A DNA stretch of 64,000 nucleotides from Oculina patagonica (lineage: Eukaryota), in NCBI RefSeq assembly GCF_052425735.1, contig NC_135764.1, positions 7,688,001 to 7,752,000 on the forward strand, given 5' to 3'. Shown piece after piece: positions 1 to 11,254 of this stretch. The number at the start of each line of letters is the position of its first letter. The stretch's first letter is position 1. A model generated the notes under the pieces. The model was not told where the DNA came from. It did not search any database and worked only from the letters and a program-made list of their open reading frames with translations. Both the position numbers and the translations under genes were made by a program.

Positions 1-90
1 TTAACTCAGCCTGACACAGTCCCTGTAGTTTCACCGATTAAAGAAGATGAATACCCAATTCTGGTTTGTAGTTTAGCAAGTACAGAAACG

Positions 91-327
91 AGGCCCTGCC
101 AGGGTAAATTCTGACAAGCAACATGGCCCAAAAAGTAGCGACAGCACATAAAATAAAATTGCGACAAACGACAACCCTTTTGGAAAAACTTAAATTCCGA
201 CAAGGACAAGCAATTTTCCTTCAATTTTACTACCGACAGCGACGTGGAGTTTGATAAAACAGCGACACGGCGCATTGTTAAATTAAGACAAGCGACACGG
301 GGACCCCCCCCCCCCCTGGCAGGGCCT
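91..327. mobile_element. MITE with 8-bp TSD (hAT/P-like)
   Basis: TIR AGGCCCTGCCAGGG / CCCTGGCAGGGCCT; TSD CAGAAACG at 83-90 and 328-335. Partial inverted copy at ~26080-26247. Confidence 0.85.
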
Positions 328-498
328 CAGAAACGCCAAGCCTCACCCAGCGTGGCTGAATAGCGCTATCCAGTGGATAAATAGTAACGAAACTAACTGT
401 ACTATCCACTGGATGGCGATTTACTCGGTGGATAGCGCTATCTAACCTTTGAACAACCGGGGTCTAGACCTTTACTAATCTTCCCTCTTATTCTTCAG

Positions 499-2613
499 AG
501 CCTGTGTTCAGCGGTAGTTATGCAGATGCAGATTACCTGTGGAGTCCAGTCTTCCCGGCCAGTCTAAGCATGCCTTGCGCGCGTAACAGGCACTCGGTGT
601 GTGTTTGGGGTGGAGGTGTGTTCGTATATGGAGGCCGAGGGACCAGGGGAACACTCAAAGACTTCTGGAGATATGATATAGGTAAGTAAGACGCTTGTCT
701 GATGGTACTGGCGCTACAGACGAAATTCTGTTGCTATGGCGACGCTAAGCAGTCAACCGTAACGTACCATGATCATGACTTTTTTTTTTTTTAAATTTTT
801 TTTTTGCTGCTTCAAGAGACGTGCTGTCTGTTTTTTTGTTTGTTTGTTTGTTTTTTTTTTTTTTTTTGCAACTTTATAAGCGTCCGAAAAATAAAACTGT
901 CATTTCTTGAAGCGTTTTCTTGTCAAGAATATATAACAATATTTTGCTGTTTTTGGAAATAGAGTACGAGCCTAAAAAGAGGGGCGGGTTTGTGATTGCT
1001 CTAGTATTATAAATGAATCCCTGAAATAGCGATGGGACGAGATCTGTGATTTCTTTTGCCAAATAAGAGGTCAAATAAGGACATTTAATTAAGTGCTCAA
1101 TTCGTAAACGCTGTAGAGTGCAAGATGCCTCGGATTTACGTTTACAAACAGCCATATTCTGTTTATAAACATCGCTATACGCTTTTGTGGCGTAGAGCTA
1201 GCAACTTAACTGTTCTTTTCTGACAGCTTCCAACACGTGGAATAACGTGCCAGTTGAAGGTGACTTCAGACCACCGTCGCTGCAGGAACATACTGCATTG
1301 ACTTACAAGGTAAGACCTACATCTTAATATGCAATGCTAGAAGGGCCTGAAATGCAACTTGCAATCTTGCTCGTTAAGGTGATTCCTTAGTATTGCATTG
1401 CGCTTCCTTACTACGCATAGTTTAACGCGTAATTAGCGCGTGCACATAAAGAAAATTGCGGCTTTTTCTTTACTAAATCCATAAATCGTCATTTTCTCGT
1501 AAACGAGTATGGTGACCTATCATTGTTTTTTTCTTTTTGTGAGTCTAGCATTCACTTTTTCTACAAAATGAAGATTAACAAATTTCTTTTGCAGAAAAAT
1601 AAATAATCAACAGAAACGTGAATTTAGCTAGTACTCGTGAAACATAATTGTGGCCTCGAGATTGGTTAGGAACATGTTGAATCAGTGTCGATTAAAACTG
1701 CTTGCTTTTATCGCGCAACATAAATGTTGTTCCTTGGAGTCGATGCAGTACATCTATTGTTATATTTCACGTTTTGCTTTCTCTTTCTTCAAGAAATGTG
1801 ACCTGAACGTTTCAAATAAAAAACATTTCTGGAAGCTTTTATTAGTAAGGAATTATAGGGTGTATACAAGGTCCCCCTCCTCCATAACGACTGATATAAG
1901 GACTCCTCTTTTTTATTCCAAAACCAACAGACAAAGTTTGTGAGAACAGAAAATTAATTTTATTATACTTTGAAGAGTTGTTTTGAAACGAAGATCTATT
2001 GTCACATATAAGGCCTTACAAATAAAGCGTGTTTCTCACGACGTTGTAATAGTAACACTAAACCGATCGCTAAGCCCTTTGACCTGGGCTTTAAATAGTG
2101 TAATTTACACTACTTGTAGCCCAACTTTTATGGCACCGCGAAACTGTAATAAACCGTTAGGAAATAAATCAGAGTTTACTAAAACAATTCGATGTTATTT
2201 GCCCTCGATTTCTATGGGGTGATAGTTGATAAGGCCTTCGGTCTCATCAGTTATCACCTGATCATAATTTTATTGTTAAATGCAATCTGTGGCTAATTGT
2301 CGTTGTTTGTTTTTTATTCATTCTAGGGAAATATGTATGTCTTCGGAGGAGAATTCACTGCAACAAACGAGACGCCATTATGGACTTTCAATTTTCGTAA
2401 GTACCGCCATTATGCTTTTTTGCTTGAGATTTGTTTCCGTATTCTAACAAGTCCCCTCCACTCCCATAGGTGAGCGTGTGTGGAGAAAGCAAGCAGCAAA
2501 GTCATGGGTAAGCTTCTGTGAAGATAGAAGTCATTATCGTTTTATGTTCTCCGCTAACGTTTCAGTGCCAAGCTGGAAGAAACAATTCTTCTACTAATTC
2601 TCAAACGTTTATT

Positions 2614-2646
<33 letters not shown>

Positions 2647-5600
2647 GCGGATGGACAAAATTGAAGATTTAAACAAATTGAGATTTGAGTTTTTTAGAAA
2701 CTGTTAGTCAAAAGACTGAATACGTTTTCAAAGTTAACCCGTTTGCTTGTAACTTTGAATTATAAGTAACGCCCGAGGGCAACCAGCAACATATTGTTTG
2801 TAATTAAGCTATCGGGGATTTTTCATTTAGGTCCGTATTCTTCGCTAACATTAAGTTTAATAGCGAGTACTGGCAAATAGACTATAATTTAACAGTTGCT
2901 ATAAAGTTGTTTGTCTCTTTCTAGGGTCCAGGTACACGACGGTCACACACGGCCGTGATTCACGAGACTTCGATGTTCGTGTTCGGCGGATACATTGACA
3001 TGAGAGGTGCAAGCGACGAGCTTTGGCAGTATGAGTTTGGTGAGTGTAAGGACTCTATTGCACTGTAAATCATTCGTCTGTCAATACCACTAACGATGTT
3101 ACTATGATCAAATATGAAAAATATGAAAAGGACGGGGATTCTCGTCGGATAATTTGAATTAAACCCCTAAAGGATACCAATCTACGCGTGGTCAACTTTT
3201 TTTGACCCGTATAAGAGACCATTTTTCATTCTTGATAGGTCTAGTCCGCCAACATAGTATGGCTGCGTTTTTTTTTATTTGTTTACCTGCAATCCTAAAC
3301 GAGACCTTGACACCTAAAATACTGGCGTTCTTCCCTGAACACCCTAACTGAGACCATAGGCCATAATTTTCACCCCTAAGTGAGACGACTAGCATACCCG
3401 TCCCTTTCATGTGGGAATTTCCCCCATCCTGGCTTAGAGGTAACGTAGGAAGACTTGCCTCCGTCTTTTACATGTTGATGAGTTTTATGACGGATTTCCA
3501 CTGACGCGTAATTTTTTTACGTGCGTTTACGTGCGTGAAAAAAATTAGAGACAATGTATGAACGACTTGCGTAAAAGAGAAAGTCTCAGATTTCGTAGAT
3601 GGCCGATTCTTGAGAGCTCCTTACTATAAACTTGTCATGGGAAACATAATCGAGCACAGGAGATGCAGCTCTCTCCCTACAGGGCTGCAAATAACAGTCG
3701 GTCATTGGACATTGGCCGACCAAAATATGCTCATGTCCGACAAAATCCCAAGTGTGGTCGGACATGATGTTCGGAGAAAGAAGTTTTTGATCGTAAATCA
3801 TTTTACGGCAACGATGAATAAAATTCACCCTTTTGTTTTTGGTGATGTCCGACCACAATTTTGTTTTGGCCGACCAAGATGGTGTCTTAGTAGGACATAT
3901 GTCCTTTCAAGTGAAAACAAATTATTTGCAGCCCTGCTCTCAGGGCTCACTCGTGCTTATCTGGCGTTTCTCCGCAGTCCTTTAGAGAGAAAGTATGCAC
4001 TGTCTTGTATCGTCTTTCCACGAAACGCGGTCGACCATTTTGCAGTACGCGTCAATTTGAAAACTGCTATAAATTGAGCTTGAACGATGGCTGCGTGTTT
4101 TTGTTTTGTGCAGACACTTCTAAATGGATCAGGATCAAGTGGAAAGGAGATGGACCTAGCCCGCGTTACAGTCACTCAGCGGCCGTTGGAGCAGCTGGTA
4201 TGTGGGTGTATGGGGGCTTGGAAGGTCTACAGGCCAGGAACGATCTCTGGAGATGGAGCTTTGGTATGTAACGTCTGTCGCTCAGCAGTTTTCTCGCGTG
4301 TTTTCGTTTCTTGAAGAAAATAACAGTTCTATCGTACCTGCGTTCGCCCTATCACTGAATATGCCTGTCCAGTTTTTAATGAAAGTCTACTTGCGTATTT
4401 TAATAGCTCTCGTATAGTTTTTTAAATGTGTTACATTTTATCGTATAAGTTTTTATCGCTTTTATAAATTTGTAAATATAGCATAATTCATCCTTTGGGT
4501 TGCGAAGTTGTATTAATTAACTATCTATCTTATCTATCTATCTTAGGCTAATCCTGCAATTTTGTTTTGTACTTTAAGTGAGTCACTCGTGGTCGAAGAT
4601 AAAAAGTCGCGGTGGTCCCCCGGCCTTGTTTGGCCATTCTGCGATTAAGGTAACTATTTACTTGGAGCAGTTTTCCTGTTACTGATCAAGTAAATATGTT
4701 ACACAACGATGAGTATGAGTAGACTTAGTTGTAGTCTTTCTCTGAGTATTTTCTACTCTTAAACTTGATGCTAACGTCCTAACGTTGTCCTGATGGGCTT
4801 GTGCATCAAGTTTTCAATGAACGCAAATTGTACCGACCGAAAATACTATTTATTTATGACCAACCGTTTAAATCACCGGAAAAAACCCACCGGTCCTTCT
4901 TCATCTCCCTTCCCCATAACTCCCACCTCCCTCCTGCAGGCCACAAGGAAATGATCTCCAACAGATCGTTAAACTCTCTCAACTGGTACGATAAAAAAAG
5001 TCTGGAGATCTACTTAGGAGAATTTGTATATTGACCTCTTCCTCTCTGTTTCAGGTTGGAGATGGAATGTTAATATTTGGAGGTGAAACAACTGATGGTG
5101 CTCTACACAATACAATGTGGCGGTTTGATTTAGGTAAGCATTACAAGCATTGCAACACCAGTGTAACAGCTCTTGGCTTTTGTTCTACGGTTTATTGATT
5201 GTGTAATAAAAAGAAAAGAAATACTCGTAGTTGTAGAAATCGATCAATTTAGCAAATCAGTTGCAAGTCTATTGTCTTTTTGCGCCAGTAGGCGCATAAG
5301 GTTGCAGCCCCTTATGTCATGTGTGTTAAATTGGCTGTGTCCCGTTTTTTCGGTGGTTGATCTGTTATCAATCTGCTATGAACTTCAAACTTAAAATGGT
5401 ATTGACTTCTCGGCAACGTAAGTCACATAACCGACAAAGATGGTGCCTTAGCATTGTAACCACGTTTTATAAATTCACCACTTTGTTCTTTATTTTCGTT
5501 TGTGTTTCTCTGTGTTGAACTGTTGCTTGAATTCTTTTATTAATTTTGAGACCATTACTGTTACTCTTGTTGTATATTAATGCTCATTTTCTTCAACCAT

Positions 5601-7291
5601 TTTTCAGGGAATCGTACTTGGAGCACTGTTCGCCCGCGGGGCGGGATATCCCCGCCCATCCGTAGCTGTTTCTCTGAAGGAGTGGTTCCTTCATCAGCGT
5701 TTCTCTCAACCATTCGACCGTCTACGTCTCACTCTGCCCCGCCCTGCACCCCAATGCCTTCGGGTTTCCTGACAGACGACAGACTGGACAGCAGGCCGAA
5801 CCCCAGGGTAAAGTCCTGGTGCGAACCTGTTGCCCGGTGGGACATGTCTGCGGCATCACTGGGTTCCCTAGATTCAACGGCCCCGTTACCAAGCTCAAGG
5901 ATAAAGTTCACCGACGATAAACGCGGTGAAAATCACACGGAGTCCACTTTTAGCTATGAGAACTCAAAAGGAATGACTCTATCGGACGACTCGCTACACG
6001 GAAAGGAGAGTCATAATGCAACGCGTCACAAGGCACGTGATCAGGTGAAGCCCTGGACTGGTTCCCAGACTCTTCCCGCTCAAGGTCTTTCCCGGGACAA
6101 AAAAGGCCGAGTGCATAGCCAAGAACTGTTAAGTGTCAATTCGCCTGCTAGCGCGGATTTGAGTAAACATTTGACCCGTCCTATTGCCTGCTTGTTGGTT
6201 CTTGGTGGGAAGACGCGTACCCAGGCAGATATGGGAAAAAGCCTTGATATATGGCGGTGTGATATCGACCCAGGTATGTACATGCCGATAAATATCTATC
6301 AACTCTCTCTATAGAGTGTGTTCATGGCGGCCATGTTGGAGGAGTGAAATAATAAAAGATATTTGCATAAAAATATTTTTCCCCAGAGGAAAATAATTAT
6401 ATTGTTTCACTCCTCCAATATGGCCGCCATGAACACACTCTATAGTTCTGTGTTTCTTTTCTTGCCCAGACCGCCGCAATTTTTAGGAGGAGACGATCAT
6501 AACGAAAGCTGTCACGGCACCTTAAGCCTAGTTCACATGTACGACGCAAAAACAAGCGCAAATGTAAGCGACATTCACACGTAGAACGCAAACGCAAGGA
6601 ACGTAAGATACGCAGGCGCAGTTGAAGTCTTTTTCCAAGATGGCGGACAAGTCACGTTTCACTTGCTTACGTTTGCACTTGCGTTTTCGTTACCCCGGTT
6701 TACACGTGTGAAATGCAAACGCAAGCACAAGAAAATATATATATTTTTTTTCATTTCTTGCGTCGACGTTTGCGTTGGCGTTTAGCTAGTTCACAGATGT
6801 TTTTTCGTGGCATTGCGTTTGCGTCGCACATGTGAACCAGGCTTTACTGCTTTAATGACAGCAGCTGGGCCTGGCAGCTATTTAAAAAATCGCGGCACGC
6901 TCAGTCAGTTCTTTTAAACCGCATACGTACTCACTGCTTTACAGGCTTCTTGCTTGTATCGAAACTAATAGTCTGCTGTGAACTAATGACGATAAACTCT
7001 TTATTTCCAGTCAAGAAAAGCCAAACGGAGAAAGTGGAAAAAATAAACGTGACCACTTCTGCTACTGCGACAGGCAACCGGGTGACTGGTCTTTCCGTTC
7101 CCTACAGTCACTTGGGGCATGGTACTTCAGAGAGCACCGCTGACCCCGATGACGACATGGACACCGAATCAATAGGAAGTGACTTGGTCTTGGCAGACAT
7201 GTCTGATAGCGACACTCGCAGCGTGGATTTCTTATTGGACGACTATGGCTGCGTCAACACGTCACGTGGCTTTCCTAAAGTGTCGGTATGA
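499..7291 (+). CDS. Kelch-repeat (beta-propeller) protein, KLHDC/RABEPK/LZTR1-kelch-like; 5' coding exon(s) not resolved
   Basis: Exons with GT-AG boundaries and consistent phase: 499-681, 1227-1309, 2327-2396, 2470-2507, 2925-3039, 4114-4263, 4579-4649, 5055-5133, 5608-6273, 7011-7291(TGA). Repeated kelch signatures: PCARNRHS..VFVYGG..DFWRYD, PPSLQEHT..MYVFGG..LWTFN, PGTRRSHT..MFVFGG..ELWQYE, PSPRYSHS..MWVYGG..DLWRWS, PPALFGHS..MLIFGG..MWRFD, ..LLVLGG..DIWRCD. Confidence 0.85.
2614..2646. repeat. (CAT)n microsatellite
   Basis: Direct reading. Confidence 0.9.
3680..3936. mobile_element. MITE with CAGGG termini (hAT-like)
   Basis: TIR CAGGGCTGCAAATAA / TTATTTGCAGCCCTG; no clear TSD. Confidence 0.65.
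6309..6445. mobile_element. Short hairpin MITE
   Basis: ~40-bp near-perfect inverted termini CTATAGAGTGTGTTCATGGCGGCCAT..ATGGCCGCCATGAACACACTCTATAG. Confidence 0.75.
6525..6843. mobile_element. PIF/Harbinger-type MITE
   Basis: TIR AGCCT(A/G)GTTCACATGT(A/G)CGACGCAAA; TTA on both flanks. Confidence 0.75.
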
Positions 7292-7837
7292 ATTGTGACG
7301 TCATAGACGCCAACCAACATGCCAAGACTTATCTGTATGTTAAATGGTAGCTCCGCGTGACGTTGTTAGGTAGAAGATGTGTTATTTTTTTTCGACATGA
7401 AATATTTTTTTTAGCCATTTCAATTTTTATTTTTTATCCTCAAAAAACCGTAAAATTCTAATAACCCCAAAACCCCCCCCCCCCCCCCCCCAAATAAGTC
7501 CATGTGCCCACCAAAGCGGCTACTTGGACAAATAGAATCCTCTGGGCTTGTTACCTGAATTTTGCGGTTTCTTTCAGCAGAACAATTCTCAGAATATTTT
7601 TACAGGCATTTAGGAATTATTCGCTTTATTTTTCACAAACAGACCGAAAAAAGAAAATTTCAAATTATTCCCTTCAGTGGGCGTTCTGTTGCTGATTTCA
7701 AGACACTGTTGTTACATTTTTGTATCGTACTTGGTCGGCTGGTTTCCGCGTATCTTCGGCTGTGTCCGTAAATCTTCGGCTTGCAATCGCCTTACTTCTC
7801 TGAATTATAAAAAAAAAAAATGAAAAATATGTCCGAG

Positions 7838-8385
7838 TTGCAACACAGGCGGCCCAAGCTCTCGATGTGAAGAGTTGAAATAATACTCTTTGAAATACGG
7901 AAAGTGACTCTCGCCTGGTGGCATATGGAGGTGTTGTGTTACAACGATTCGCTTTTATAAAGGTTTGTATGGGAGAAAACGCTTTTAAATTTATAGCTTA
8001 ATCTAATGATAATTTGACAATAAAATCAACCTCCCTCGATATCTTGTTGTTATAGTTATTATATCTGTTGTTATCTCGGTTCTCAGGCCGATTGAGGCGT
8101 TTTAAGCGAGTTATGCCATTTCGGGTTTCCACGCTGAGAAAAAATAGCTCGCTTAAAACGCCTCGGATCGGCCTGCGAACCGAGATAACAGCAGAATAAC
8201 AAAAAGACATCGAGGGAGTTGATTTTTGTCAAAATATCATAGATTTAGCTATAAATTCAAAAGCGTTTTCTCCCATACAAACTTTATAAATGCGAATCGT
8301 TGTAACACAACACCTCCATATGCCACCGGCGAGAGTCACGTTTCTAACTCTTCACATCGTGAGCTTGGGCCGCCTGTGGTTGCAA
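7838..8385. mobile_element. Foldback (long inverted repeat) element
   Basis: Arms of ~250-270 bp (TTGCAAC..GGCGGCCCAAGCTC..TTAAGCGAG / CTCGCTTAA..GAGCTTGGGCCGCC..GTTGCAA) around a ~30-bp spacer. Confidence 0.8.
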
Positions 8386-10526
8386 GCGTATATATGTGCA
8401 GGATAAAGTATTTATTATAAAAGCTGTATGATAATAGCACATTGCACGAGTGCATTTGACTACAAATACCAGATTTTTCGCCTTTCCTTTGTTATTCAAA
8501 TTTGAATTCCCAGTGGGGTTTGAAAAACAATTGCCTAATTAGAATGACAAAAAGACAAAGCGGAGGATTCTGGTAGTTGTAGTCAAGTGACGCCATCATG
8601 AAAATCGCCTATTAATATTGGAAAATCGAGTTTCTAAAGATGATGAAAATGTTGTATAAATAATTTTGATATATTTAACAATTAATTTCGTATTTAACGG
8701 CGTTGGAAATTGTGTTTACATCAATGTTATTTTTTCAGTCAAACGTGTGTGAAACGTAACATTGTAAATCCTATAATAACCTTGTGTAACAGGTTGTAAA
8801 TCGTAAAAGAGTTTGTATATCAGGTTATAACAAGTATAATATTAAATCGTATAAGCATAAGCGTAAGCATTAAATCGTTAAAATAGGTCATCAGAAGGAA
8901 TGTATAACGTGCTTTCAAAGAGGAAACACTTGCGAACATATTTTGAAATGTTTCAAGACAGTCCATATGGCAGAAACAAATAAAAGAGAAATATATAGTT
9001 ATATTGCTCCCCTTTTTTTCTTGACACTTATTAACACTTTGCATCAATAACAATTGTGTTCCTTAAAGTACTAAAATTCGGCTTAGTAGCGTGGCTTTAA
9101 TTGAAAAGGACAATCCCTTCAAATTGTGCTTCTTTCCATTGAAATCCAATTTATGGAGCAAAAGCAATGTGAAACAAGCAAAGATTGACGATAAAGCAAT
9201 CTTGGGTACTTGTGCATAAGGAAACGAAAGAAACTGCACGAGCATGTTTCTTCATTTCTTTTTTCTCTAGACCTTGCTACAAAGTCTATAAAACTCAACA
9301 TCAAAGGTAGCCTGTTGGTCATGTTAGCACCAAGTCTACCGAAGAGTCCGTATGACAAAGTGATTTGTTAGACCCTTGTTACGATTGGCATTGTTCCGTG
9401 ATCAGCTGAGACCAAACTTCTCAATACTCGTCTCCAGTCTTCCCTCATTTGTTGGAACGTGGTGCACGTTTTGTTGAATTGTGGGCCGCTTACATTTGCA
9501 AAACTCCGCGTTTTACGCCTAACCATCATGCCCCGCGCTCCCTGTTTTCCGTCATTTACTGACAAAATGCAAAGTCGCCTGGGGACGAGGAAGTGTCAAC
9601 TGTGTCAAGGCGCCCCCCCCTCATCCCCGGGGCCATCCCATTGGCGGACCAGTAGGGGGGGGGGGGTGGGGGCTCCCACCTTAGTTTTAGTTCAAACTAA
9701 GCCCCGAAGAACGAGCCTCTCCCTTGTTCAAGGGTCTGAATGATCGAGCCCCCACTTACCTGAAGGTCTAGATGCGACACTGGTCTTATCCGCTTTTCTG
9801 ACAAGCCGCCATTTTGAAAAGCGGAGGAGACCCTGTGAACGAGATTAGTGTCTGAACCCGTCACTCCATTCTCGTCCCATAGCCCTTTCCCTTTTTTAGC
9901 CGGCGAACCTTTGGCACGAGAAACGAAGGGCTCGAGGACATGGGATTTTTGAATTAATTCGATTTTTTTAATTGGCTGTTTGTTGAGACAGAATTCTTGA
10001 ACGGAAATCAAAAACGCAGTACTCTCATACATTCTTTTGAAACTGCATACATGAAGACCAGAATTCCCAAAATCTAGGACTGGAAATCCTGTCTTCAGAG
10101 CCCTTCTTTTCTCGTGCCAAGGCCCCGCCTTTTACGAGAAACGAAAAGGGCTATGGGTACGAAAATGTGTGAACTCTGCCCGTATTTTCGTGACGTCACA
10201 GGAAATTTGTATTTTGCCCCACTCTCTCCGCATCCACGAAATAAAGAGGAGGTGGAACGGTCTGGGAACGCGGGGTTTTGTAAAAAATCAAGCACTTTTC
10301 AAGACGGTCCGTGCGAATAACGAGAGTCAAAGAAGCAGAACTAAACATTGTTTTATTAAGACGAGCGTATGAATATGTTACTTTCCCCATTTTCCCGCTC
10401 AGAGTATTTTGCCCACTCATTTATTTCCCAGCAGCGATATTGTATTATGCTAAAATTGTATGATTGGCTAAATACAATATTATGTATAAAAAGTGTTCTA
10501 GGTCTTCTTGTTTAAACACGTAGTAG

Positions 10527-10855
10527 AATGGAATTAGTTGTCAGTTTAAGTAATCCAATATAAACTAAACAAAGTAACTTGAAGTTACTTCGAAATATCA
10601 ACGTTTCTTTTGCTCAATCAACTTTGATTGAGTATACAAATAGAATTAGCTCTCAGTTTAAGTAATCCAATATAAACTAAACAAAGCAACTTGAAGTTAC
10701 TTCGAAATATCCAGTTTCTTTTTTCAATCATCTTTGGCAGAGAATAAACAAATGGAACTAGCTGTCAGTTTAAGTAATCCAATGTAAACTAATCACAGCA
10801 AGTTAAACTTCAAATGCAAGTTGCGTTGAAATATCCACTTTGTTTTCTTTTTCAA
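10527..10855. repeat. Tandem repeat, ~112-bp unit x3
   Basis: CAGTTTAAGTAATCCAAT recurs at 10542, 10654 and 10766. Confidence 0.85.
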
Positions 10856-10974
10856 TTAAAATCCTATCCCTTTTTGTTTGAGAGTAAAGCTGTCACTGAG
10901 CTATTTCTTTGCTGTAGCCATTTATAGTGAGCAGTTATTTGTTTCCCCACTGTACAGTTATCCGTTAAGCGAAC

Positions 10975-11223
10975 TCAGCGCGAGTTTCCATTTGTTTGTA
11001 AGCACTCCACACTCCAGGACCGAGGGGACAATTGATCCAGTAGGGAAGTCTGGGAAGAAAAAATAATACACTTGTCAAAATGGCTGATTCTCATTTGTAA
11101 GAACTGGCTGGCCAGACCGGTATACGTAAACACCCGCGTGTAAGAACTATATTTTTTTTTTGGAAATGTTTTTTTTGGGGTGTTTTGGTTGTTTTTTTTT
11201 TTGGGGTTTTTTTGGAAAAAAAA

Positions 11224-11254
<31 letters not shown>

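Noticed and set aside
1-63. Open frame LTQPDTVPVVSPIKEDEYPIL as an upstream exon of the kelch gene
   Set aside because: Plausible, but its donor phase (0) does not match the best acceptor at 498 (phase 1); not supportable without more sequence.
3610-4077. 155-aa ORF
   Set aside because: Lies in a kelch-gene intron, spans a MITE and has no recognisable motif.
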